This document shows, one piece after another, positions 1 through 7,660 of a DNA stretch of 63,140 nucleotides. Made by a program: the position numbers and the translations under genes. Each line of letters starts with the position of its first letter. Positions within the stretch are counted from its first letter, which is position 1. This stretch comes from Candidatus Saccharimonadia bacterium (lineage in GTDB: Bacteria; Patescibacteriota; Saccharimonadia; CAILAD01; CAZGYV01). The stretch spans positions 1-63,140 of the forward strand of contig JAYRII010000006.1 in the NCBI GenBank assembly GCA_041906885.1, given 5' to 3'. The notes below the pieces were generated by a model, which was not told where the DNA came from, did no database searches, and saw only the letters and a program-made list of their open reading frames with translations.

Positions 1-58
1 CATTGCGTCTTTTCGCTGGAGGTAGCTTAAAAAAGCTGGCGTGCTACAATAAAGTTTC

Positions 59-613
59 ATGCAGGGTTTGCGAGTAATTATCGTTCATGGCTGGGGAGAT
101 GATCCAAAACGAGGTTGGATAAATTGGCTTACGGGTCAGCTGGAGAGTCGAGGAATTGAGGTGATCGCACCTGCTATGCCCAATCCTAAACGGCCGGATT
201 TTAAGACTTGGCTGCGGGTGGTCTCAGAGGTAGTCGGCCAAGTCGACGAGCAGACGGTGCTAATTGGCCACAGCTTAGGCTGCTTTATACTGCTGCGTTT
301 TTTAGAACAGTATCGTGGGGCTGGCCGGCTTGGCAAGCTAATACTCATCGCTGGCTTCATCTTGCCAGCAGATCCGAAACACCAGTCAAGATTTGAACCA
401 ACACCAGATTTTTCTCACATTCGTGCGGTAACTAAGAGAATTTATTGCGTATACTCAGATGATGATCATGTTGTACTACCGAGTCGGTCGAAAACCTTGC
501 ACGATAAGCTGGGTGGCGAGTTGGTGCTGGATGTTGGTAAGTGTCATTTTGCCGGCTTGCGTGGAGTCAATCAACTGCCAAGTGTGCTTGATATTGTCCT
601 TGATTATACTTAA
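59..613 (+). CDS. alpha/beta-fold serine hydrolase (YdeN/RBBP9-like)
   Basis: 184-aa ORF. It has a 'VIIVHGWGDD' N-terminal strand, a 'GHSLGC' G-x-S-x-G nucleophile elbow, and late Asp/His candidates ('SDDDHVV', 'GKCHF'). Confidence 0.6.
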   Translation: MQGLRVIIVHGWGDDPKRGWINWLTGQLESRGIEVIAPAMPNPKRPDFKTWLRVVSEVVGQVDEQTVLIGHSLGCFILLRFLEQYRGAGRLGKLILIAGFILPADPKHQSRFEPTPDFSHIRAVTKRIYCVYSDDDHVVLPSRSKTLHDKLGGELVLDVGKCHFAGLRGVNQLPSVLDIVLDYT

Positions 614-670
614 GACTTTATATATAATTTTGCCGGTCCGGACTTTAATTCGGTAACGGCTGGAGGTCAC

Positions 671-979
671 GTGGCAGATAAGAGCGACTCAAGACTTCTC
701 GTGGAGGAACAAATTGACCAGGTCTTACGCTGCCGTCGAGGTGAACAGTATCGAGAGAAACTGGGTGATAATGTCGTAAGTCATCTCTATGGCGTGATTT
801 TTGATGAGGTTAAGGGGCATTTTCCCAACTGCAAAGGCATGCCTAAGAGTACTAAGCAGCAATACTTTTTCAAACAGGTTGAAAAGACTCTGACGACGAG
901 GCGGATCGATCGAGCTGTCAGGGACGTCGCCCGACAGAACTCTGTCACAGTCGTTTTGCAGCCGTATGCCAGGCTGTAG
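671..979 (+). CDS. hypothetical protein (GTG start)
   Basis: 102-aa ORF in a GC-richer segment. No motif recognised. Confidence 0.4.
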   Translation: MADKSDSRLLVEEQIDQVLRCRRGEQYREKLGDNVVSHLYGVIFDEVKGHFPNCKGMPKSTKQQYFFKQVEKTLTTRRIDRAVRDVARQNSVTVVLQPYARL

Positions 980-1074
980 CCCCGAATGTAAGTAGCGAGA
1001 TTTAGGGTGGGGAGAGTGGTGAATTGCCATTTTCCCCGCCCCACGAGCATTTATACGGCTTTTGTTCTGTGCTG

Positions 1075-1103
1075 TTGATTAAATAAGGTATACATGTTAA
1101 TAT
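1075..1103 (+). promoter_or_regulatory. sigma70-like promoter TTGATT-17-TAATAT for the 1208 ORF
   Basis: TTGATT at 1075-1080, 17-nt spacer, TAATAT at 1098-1103. The predicted 5' UTR contains a perfect 9-bp hairpin, CTCTCTAGA-n8-TCTAGAGAG. Confidence 0.45.
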
Positions 1104-1207
1104 AGTAAATTCGCTTACAACCGTAGGCGGACTCTCTAGAACCACCCGTCTAGAGAGACGTTCAACGCACCACTACAACACAATAAACCCAAAGCCGGAG
1201 GCGGCAA

Positions 1208-1981
1208 ATGGGCAGTAGCTGCAACAAGAGGGTCTTCAAGGAATGCGTCGCCAGACGCATTCACGAAATCCTCGAGGAGCAGGGAGAGGATCAGCTTGAG
1301 CCGAAGTACCTGGCTCATCTGCAAGATGAGCTGTGGAAGGAGTATCAGGGCGAGGTAGACGAGGCTCTAACAGACGGCTACAAGCGAGATCGGATCGATG
1401 GCGTCGTCAAACGGCACCGGGCCGATCTCATCGAGCTACTCGGTCGCGAGAAGGCAACCTTTTATGAGGTTGTCGAGGTTTGCATCAAAAAGCTTATCGA
1501 GGGTATGAAGGTCGAGTCCGACTCGGTGCTCATATCTCGTCTAGCTGACGAGATGTGGGAGATGGTCGGTTATCGGATCGAACGAGGCATGAAGCCGCGA
1601 ACGATCCGTCACAAGGCTTACCGGTCATGCGAGAAGCTACTCAACGCTGATCTCGTCTATCAGCACCGGGACGCGCTCACCGAGGAGCGTAAGGCTGGTG
1701 GTGACAACGTCATCGAACTGCCAGAGCCGGAGGTCATTGATGACGCAGTAGTAGACATGATCGAGGGGGCTATGGCTGACTTCCCCGAGGTCGACTGCGA
1801 TGTCATTATCATTCGGTCCGTGGCGCCCTGCCGATGTGGCGCCGGCGTCTTGGCGGACTTCGAGCGAGCCGAGGGTGGTGAAGAGGTTGCGTTAGCTCGC
1901 AAGAGTCGGCCGCAGTCGCTCAGCTACACTCGGCTCAGCGAGGGGGATTATCTCGGCATCAACGCCCAGATCGTCTCCTAG
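1208..1981 (+). CDS. hypothetical protein, acidic, about 57% GC
   Basis: 257-aa ORF preceded by GGAGG and followed by terminator hairpins. No family motif recognised. Confidence 0.55.
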   Translation: MGSSCNKRVFKECVARRIHEILEEQGEDQLEPKYLAHLQDELWKEYQGEVDEALTDGYKRDRIDGVVKRHRADLIELLGREKATFYEVVEVCIKKLIEGMKVESDSVLISRLADEMWEMVGYRIERGMKPRTIRHKAYRSCEKLLNADLVYQHRDALTEERKAGGDNVIELPEPEVIDDAVVDMIEGAMADFPEVDCDVIIIRSVAPCRCGAGVLADFERAEGGEEVALARKSRPQSLSYTRLSEGDYLGINAQIVS

Positions 1982-2050
1982 CTAGAGCAAGTGCGGTAAT
2001 TCCCCGGGGGAGCGGTGTCTTTTTAGGCACTGCTCCCCGATGGAGGTTTT

Positions 2051-2080
2051 GACAGCCAATAGATGGCTGTCTTTTTTATT
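2051..2080 (+). terminator. rho-independent terminator
   Basis: GACAGCC-aatagat-GGCTGTC followed by TTTTTTATTTT. Confidence 0.7.
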
Positions 2081-2173
2081 TTGGGACATTATCTCTTGCG
2101 CTATGGGGGTCTAATCTGGTAAAACTAAATTAGTTCGACTGGAAAAGCCGGTCGACCGTACCAGGGAAATACC

Positions 2174-2500
2174 TTGGGTAAATCCACCCGCAAAAAGTCC
2201 AAGCCCCACATCTACCGAGGACAAAGCTACGATGAGCTGATGGCAAGCTTGAGTTGGCTGTTCAAGCAAGCCGGGCTGTCTCGAGAGCGAAGCACACAGT
2301 TGTTTCGGTTGGCAAGGAAGTGGCGGCACGAGCATCTCGATAGCACAGGACGTGGTGGCTTGGCAAATCAAAGGACATACAAGGCGGTACAGGAAGCGTT
2401 GACGGAGTCCGAACTTCAGAAATTCAAGTCAAGTCGCGCCCGCGATCGGCGCAACTCTGGCACCTATCCGAAGGGCCGACGAATTCCTGCTGCTGGCTAA
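2174..2500 (+). CDS. hypothetical basic protein (TTG start)
   Basis: 108-aa Arg/Lys-rich ORF. No motif recognised. Confidence 0.4.
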   Translation: MGKSTRKKSKPHIYRGQSYDELMASLSWLFKQAGLSRERSTQLFRLARKWRHEHLDSTGRGGLANQRTYKAVQEALTESELQKFKSSRARDRRNSGTYPKGRRIPAAG

Positions 2501-2520
2501 ATCAGCAGTTCATGACTAGC

Positions 2521-2570
2521 GTGGCCGCGCCTAATTCTAAGGAGATATCCTTGGTCGAAGGCGCGGCCAC
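2521..2570 (+). terminator. long-loop GC hairpin, possible terminator
   Basis: GTGGCCGCGCC ... GGCGCGGCCAC forms a perfect 11-bp stem with a 28-nt loop. Only a weak T-run follows. Confidence 0.35.
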
Positions 2571-2685
2571 CACCATTTTCTGTATCCGCTTATCCTAGCT
2601 TTTTTCGCTAATTGTTTGTATAATCACCGCAATAGAACGACAGATCGTGCTAAAGCTCATCGACAACCAGTAAGGGGAGTACAAA

Positions 2686-3129
2686 ATGAACTTGCGTGAT
2701 TTCACCAGTAGGCCGCATGCCGTAGACTCACGAGACCGGTTTTACCGAGCTTTTGTTGGCTGGTTCAAGCGAGCCAATCTGATCGGCTCATGGGTTAATT
2801 ACGAGCAAGACATTGAGCTACTGATCAAGAACTTCTCGGTAGACCTGGAACGATTCGAGTCTCTCACTCGAAAGGCAGCACCGCCTGGCAGTCAATCCGA
2901 GTTGCAAGAATTCTTAAGCTGGCAGCTTTTGCAATACAGCTGTTTCGATGATGAGGACACTAGGTCGCATCAATATCTTGATGAGGTGCTTGGTCGAATT
3001 GTCCAGCTCGAAGTTGAAGACGCCCTGGCGGTGCTAAGGCCTATGGGTAAAAGTGACTTCGAACGACTTTGTCGTGATTGCAAAAAGTATCCTCACTCCC
3101 TCGGTGGCCGACGTTCAATTAGCAGATGA
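2686..3129 (+). CDS. hypothetical protein
   Basis: 147-aa ORF preceded by AAGGGGAG. No motif recognised. Confidence 0.5.
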   Translation: MNLRDFTSRPHAVDSRDRFYRAFVGWFKRANLIGSWVNYEQDIELLIKNFSVDLERFESLTRKAAPPGSQSELQEFLSWQLLQYSCFDDEDTRSHQYLDEVLGRIVQLEVEDALAVLRPMGKSDFERLCRDCKKYPHSLGGRRSISR

Positions 3130-3165
3130 TAGGCGGTATCGAATCAATATATCCTTGCTTTATAT

Positions 3166-3198
3166 AAGAAGGGGCGGTGTTCGATGCCGCTTCTTCTT
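3166..3198 (+). terminator. possible terminator hairpin
   Basis: AAGAAGGGGCGG-n9-CCGCTTCTTCTT forms a 12-bp stem that includes two G-U pairs. Confidence 0.4.
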
Positions 3199-3244
3199 GC
3201 ATAAGATAGTTGTTTTTTGCCCTATAATAACTAATAGGTGGAAT

Positions 3245-4999
3245 ATGGACGAAGTTGACGAAATCAAGCAACGCTTAGATGTAGTGGAGGTGGTTGGAAG
3301 CTATCTGCAGCTTAAGCCAGCCGGCCGGAACTTTAAGGGTCTTTCACCATTTAAGCAAGAAAAAACACCAAGTTTTATGGTTAGCCCAGAGAAGGGGATC
3401 TGGCATGATTTTTCGAGTGGCCAGGGTGGTGATATTTTTACTTTTGTGCAAATTATGGAGGGAGTAGAGTTTCGTGAAGCGCTGGAGATACTAGCCAAAC
3501 GTGCCGGTGTCGAGCTAAAAAGTCGGCGTGGCCAGGTAAGTAAAGACAACAAAAGCCGGCTTTATGAATCGGCCCGTTTGGCGGTTAGCTATTACCATAC
3601 AACGCTTGCCAAGAACGCCCGTGTACTCGAATATTTAAAGAGCGATCGAGGTCTCTCACGGGATACTATCAAGGTGTTTCAGCTGGGATATGCACCCGAT
3701 AGTTGGGAGGCGCTGACGAAATTTTTGACCAAAAGGGGCTTTAAGCCGGAGGAGTTATTGGCAGCCGGCTTGGTTGGTCGCAAGCAGGCGTCCAAGTCGG
3801 TCTATGACCTATTTCGCGGCCGAGTACTTTTTCCAATTTTTGATGTCCAGGGTCGAGCAATTGGCTTTTCAGGCCGGATTTTAGGTGAAGCTACTAATGT
3901 GGCCAAATACATCAATACTCCACAGACTGCGATTTATAATAAATCAACCGCCATTTTTGGTCTCGCTCAAGCCAAAGAAACGATTCGCCGGCTTGATGAG
4001 GTGATAGTGGTTGAGGGCAACATGGACGTAGTGGGCTTATATAATGCTAGGGTAGAGAATGTGGTGGCAGCCTCTGGTACCGCCCTGACAGCAGCTCAAC
4101 TCAAGATTATTTCCCGACTGACAAAAAATATCAAGCTGGCCTTTGATAATGATGAGGCCGGCATTGCTGCTACAGGCCGCGCCATTGAAGTAGCCGCTAG
4201 CCTTGATGTACGTTTGAGCGTTATTACTTATGACTCGGGTGATGTCAAAGACCCAGATGAATTGGTGCGCAAGGATAAAAAGGCTTGGGCGAAGGCTGTC
4301 AAAGAGGCCAAATACGCTGTTGATTATTTGTTTGATGAGGCCGAATCGCGCTTTGATCTGACTTCGGCTTTGGGTAAAAAACAGGCCAGTGATCTCTTGC
4401 TGCCGCTCATTAAAATACTGCGCGATGATGTCGAGCGCGACCACTATATTAAGAGACTCGCGCGAAGACTTATCGTCAGTGAAGAATCAATTCATGCCAA
4501 ACTCACTAAAACTACCGGCCTGGCAATCCATTCATCTACGCTCACGCCCACTCAAAAACCCAAGATGATCGCTCAGCCGGTACTTTCTAAGCAGATCGTG
4601 ATCGAGAATCAGTTGCTTGAGATTTTCCTGGCCTTCGCTTTTGCGCGTGAAGCCCTGGCTGATATTGATTTAAAAGATATCTCGACTGCCAATCAGCCTA
4701 TTTTTAAAATGTTACAAAAAAATCCACAAGCTTCATTAGAAAAGATTGCTAATGCCTTGAAGAAATCAGGAAATGATGTTAAAATACATGCGTTACGGGG
4801 CGAAGAAGAATACTCGCGTGAAAGCGAGCACGATATTAGGCTCGAAGCCTACACCCAAGTTCATCGTTTACAAAAATACAACCGAGAGTTAAATAAGCGG
4901 CGATTAGCTAGGCAAATTGCTGAGGCTGAAGCGGCTGGTAATAAGACAGAAGTGACCAAACTTCTGACTAAGTATCAAGTATTAATACAAGAGGAGTAA
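3245..4999 (+). CDS. dnaG: DNA primase DnaG
   Basis: '[13 protein letters not shown]...GQGGDIFTF' primase N-terminal region and a TOPRIM 'VVEGNMDVV...FDNDEAG' segment. Start moved to the ATG at 3245 (M65 of the tracked ORF). The upstream 64 codons overlap the previous gene and look non-coding. Confidence 0.9.
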   Translation: MDEVDEIKQRLDVVEVVGSYLQLKPAGRNFKGLSPFKQEKTPSFMVSPEKGIWHDFSSGQGGDIFTFVQIMEGVEFREALEILAKRAGVELKSRRGQVSKDNKSRLYESARLAVSYYHTTLAKNARVLEYLKSDRGLSRDTIKVFQLGYAPDSWEALTKFLTKRGFKPEELLAAGLVGRKQASKSVYDLFRGRVLFPIFDVQGRAIGFSGRILGEATNVAKYINTPQTAIYNKSTAIFGLAQAKETIRRLDEVIVVEGNMDVVGLYNARVENVVAASGTALTAAQLKIISRLTKNIKLAFDNDEAGIAATGRAIEVAASLDVRLSVITYDSGDVKDPDELVRKDKKAWAKAVKEAKYAVDYLFDEAESRFDLTSALGKKQASDLLLPLIKILRDDVERDHYIKRLARRLIVSEESIHAKLTKTTGLAIHSSTLTPTQKPKMIAQPVLSKQIVIENQLLEIFLAFAFAREALADIDLKDISTANQPIFKMLQKNPQASLEKIANALKKSGNDVKIHALRGEEEYSRESEHDIRLEAYTQVHRLQKYNRELNKRRLARQIAEAEAAGNKTEVTKLLTKYQVLIQEE

Positions 5000-5007
5000 G
5001 CTTTTTT

Positions 5008-6123
5008 ATGCCTAAAAAAAGCAAAGCAGAACCAAAGGACGTCGAAGAGCGAACTGAGTTTTCGCCCGAGGTCGAGCGACTAATAGCCAAAGGCCGCGAA
5101 CAGGGGTTTGTGACACAACAAGAAATTTTTTCGGCCGTGCCTGAGGCTGAAGAAAATGTCGAAACACTCGACGATTTGTACACCGCTCTAATGGATCAAG
5201 GAGTCGAGATCACCGATCAGAAGGACAAGCTGATCTGGGCGACCGAGCCCGAAGAAGATATTGAGAATGCCGTCTCGGAAGACTACATTAAGGATATTGC
5301 CGATGATTCTGTGCGGTTGTATCTCCGTGAGATCGGCCGTATTCCGCTAATTAACGCTCAAGAGGAAGTCGCTCTCGCTAAAAGAATTGAGCAGGGTGAT
5401 AAAGCCGCTAAAGACGCCTTAGCCGAAGCTAATATGCGTTTGGTTGTTAGTATTGCCAAGAAATATATTGGCCGCGGGCTTGACTTACTCGATCTGATCC
5501 AGGAGGGTAATACTGGTTTATTACGCGCGGTCGAGAAATTTGATTACACTAAAGGGTTCAAATTCTCGACCTATGCGACTTGGTGGATTCGACAAGCTAT
5601 CACTCGAGCTATCGCCGACCAAGCCAGAGTAATTCGGATTCCGGTCCACATGGTTGAAACGATCAATAAGCTAATTCGTACCCAACGTCGTTTGACCCAA
5701 GAGCTTGGCCGCGAGCCAGCACCTGAGGAGATTGCTACCGAGATGGAAATTGATGTTGAAAAGGTCAACCATATTATTAAGATCAGTCAGGATACTACAT
5801 CGCTCGATGCCACAGTCGGTGAAGATGATGAGTCACGTTTAGCTGATTTTATTCAGGATGAGGACGGCATTAGTCCGGAGGAAGCTGCCACTTATGAGCT
5901 TTTGAAGGAGCACATCGATGAGACGCTGGCGCTACTGACGCCGCGTGAGCAGAAGATTTTACGTATGCGCTTTGGTTTAGAAGACGGTCGCGGTCACACG
6001 CTCGAGGAAGTGGGGCAGGAGTTTGGTGTCACGCGTGAACGGATTCGCCAGATTGAGGCTAAGGCGCTGGCTAAACTTCGTAAGCACAAGGACTCTAAGC
6101 GCTTGCGTGATTATCTGGCTTAA
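5008..6123 (+). CDS. rpoD: RNA polymerase primary sigma factor (sigma-70 family)
   Basis: Region 2 '[19 protein letters not shown]' and region 4 '[24 protein letters not shown]'. Forms the classic dnaG-rpoD pair. Confidence 0.95.
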   Translation: MPKKSKAEPKDVEERTEFSPEVERLIAKGREQGFVTQQEIFSAVPEAEENVETLDDLYTALMDQGVEITDQKDKLIWATEPEEDIENAVSEDYIKDIADDSVRLYLREIGRIPLINAQEEVALAKRIEQGDKAAKDALAEANMRLVVSIAKKYIGRGLDLLDLIQEGNTGLLRAVEKFDYTKGFKFSTYATWWIRQAITRAIADQARVIRIPVHMVETINKLIRTQRRLTQELGREPAPEEIATEMEIDVEKVNHIIKISQDTTSLDATVGEDDESRLADFIQDEDGISPEEAATYELLKEHIDETLALLTPREQKILRMRFGLEDGRGHTLEEVGQEFGVTRERIRQIEAKALAKLRKHKDSKRLRDYLA

Positions 6124-6140
6124 AATATCGTTTAAAAACT

Positions 6141-6178
6141 AAAAAACACCGGCTACTAAGTTTTAGGCTGGTGTTTTT
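6141..6178. terminator. bidirectional terminator between rpoD and the 6177-6506 ORF
   Basis: AAAAAACACCGGC-n13-GCTGGTGTTTTT is an imperfect stem flanked by an A-run and a T-run. Confidence 0.5.
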
Positions 6179-6506
6179 AATGGCCAGATTGATTATCGGG
6201 CGTTTCTTCTTCGTTTTGATTTGCACGATTTGCTTTGTCAGCTTTTATTTTTTCAATATACTCTAGTGCCCTTTGTCGGTTGACTGGCTCATAGCCGACG
6301 GCGGCGGAAGTTTCATTCTCACGAGCTGCACTAATGCCACGACGGGCGTCAGCTCCTCCTAGTCGCCTGCCTGGATGTCCCTCATCTGCAGGCTGAGGCG
6401 CTTTATCTTGGGTAAGTGGCTCTACTTCATTCGCCTTTAAATTAAAAGTATTTTGGTGGGGTGAGTCACCCTCGGGCGGGTTTGGGTCTGGTGCTTCTGG
6501 GCTCAT
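6177..6506 (-). CDS. hypothetical low-complexity/disordered protein
   Basis: 109-aa ORF downstream of the M23 peptidase gene on the same strand. Rich in Pro, Glu and Asn. Confidence 0.45.
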   Translation of the reverse strand: MSPEAPDPNPPEGDSPHQNTFNLKANEVEPLTQDKAPQPADEGHPGRRLGGADARRGISAARENETSAAVGYEPVNRQRALEYIEKIKADKANRANQNEEETPDNQSGH

Positions 6507-6647
6507 GGCCTTAGTCTAGCACAACCAGTTTGCTCGAGCCAAATACTTTAAGAAGTGCCTTTAAATACTTGGGTCGGGACCCGACCTCCAAGCTTGAGCA
6601 AGGAGGTCAGGTCGGAGCGGTACCCGTACTTGACGCCAGCGGCCTTT

Positions 6648-7550
6648 TTATGGCATTGGCGGCAGTTGCGGGTAAATGGGTGGTGGTGGCGGAATTGGCG
6701 GCGGATTGGTCGCCACGGGTGCCACCACGGGCGGGGCCGTTGTTGCCGGTACCGTACTCGCTGCTGAACCCATGTCGGCTGGTGCCGGCTCGAGCGATGG
6801 CTGCGGTTGTGGCGGCAGCTGCGAGTAAACCGGCGGAGCTGGTGGCAACGGCGGCGGGGTCGTTGTTGTCGTCGTGGTCGTAGTCTGCCTCGGTAGCAAA
6901 CTATCCCTGGTGGGGAGCTGCTCAAAGACCTCATACAACCAAGCCTGCACGTCGTTTCTGCCTCCTCCAGAACAACTTTTGTCCTCGATGTGGAGGTGGG
7001 GGATGGTGCCCCTGCCAGATGCCTTATTGACGGCGTCATCGGCTGTACCGACTCGACCGATCAACTGGCCTTGAGCGACTTCCTCACCCACACCGACTGC
7101 CAGGCTATCTGGCAGCATATGCATGAAGAGGAAGCACCTATCTGGTCCAACCTGCAGCTTGACAAGCAAGTTGTGGCTGCCATTGTTGGGGCCAGCCTTT
7201 ATAACAGTACCCCCTAATGGCGCCACGACCGGCGTGCCTGTCGGGATCAAAATGTCGGCTGCGTTGTAGTCGTGATGACAATTGGTCTCGGACCAGTAGC
7301 ACCAGCGACTATCCGCATCAGTCCCACCTAGACCAGCGACGATATCCTCGTAGCTCACCTGGAGTGGAAACACCAGTCCATTCGATCCAACCGTGACAGG
7401 CACCGCATCGTCGAATTCTGGCTTAATTGCCAGATCCGGGATCGGTGGTGATGCCAAGCTGATGAGTGGCCAGCCGATGCCGGCCCCTACCAAAAACGCG
7501 ACGATTAGAGCAAAGGTTCTAGGGTGAACTTGCTTCCTCGCATCTTTCAC
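6648..7550 (-). CDS. secreted M23/LytM-family metallopeptidase with a Pro/Thr-rich C-terminal tail
   Basis: N-terminal TM/signal segment, 'HHDYNAADI' (HxxxD) and 'PHLHIE' (HxH) motifs, and a tail 'TTTTTTTTTPPPLPPAPP...'. GTG start preceded by AGGAGGAG. Confidence 0.8.
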   Translation of the reverse strand: MKDARKQVHPRTFALIVAFLVGAGIGWPLISLASPPIPDLAIKPEFDDAVPVTVGSNGLVFPLQVSYEDIVAGLGGTDADSRWCYWSETNCHHDYNAADILIPTGTPVVAPLGGTVIKAGPNNGSHNLLVKLQVGPDRCFLFMHMLPDSLAVGVGEEVAQGQLIGRVGTADDAVNKASGRGTIPHLHIEDKSCSGGGRNDVQAWLYEVFEQLPTRDSLLPRQTTTTTTTTTPPPLPPAPPVYSQLPPQPQPSLEPAPADMGSAASTVPATTAPPVVAPVATNPPPIPPPPPIYPQLPPMP

Positions 7551-7660
7551 GTCTCCTCCTTATAATTTTGAAATAATCTCTAGGACAAAAAAGATTTATC
7601 ATCGTACAACTAAAATACTATAAAGTCAATAATTTATTTTCTTATAGGTAGACCACCTTT

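Noticed and set aside
3053-3244. N-terminal 64 codons of the tracked dnaG ORF
   Set aside because: This stretch overlaps the preceding gene and a terminator-like hairpin, and its sequence is not protein-like. Conserved primase sequence begins at the ATG at 3245.
6530-7074. Several overlapping ORFs (6530-6883 +, 6548-7039 -, 6555-6767 +, 6874-7074 +) over the 3' half of the M23 peptidase gene
   Set aside because: They are artefacts of GC-rich Pro/Thr low-complexity DNA that stays open in many frames. The M23 frame has the catalytic motifs and a Shine-Dalgarno sequence.
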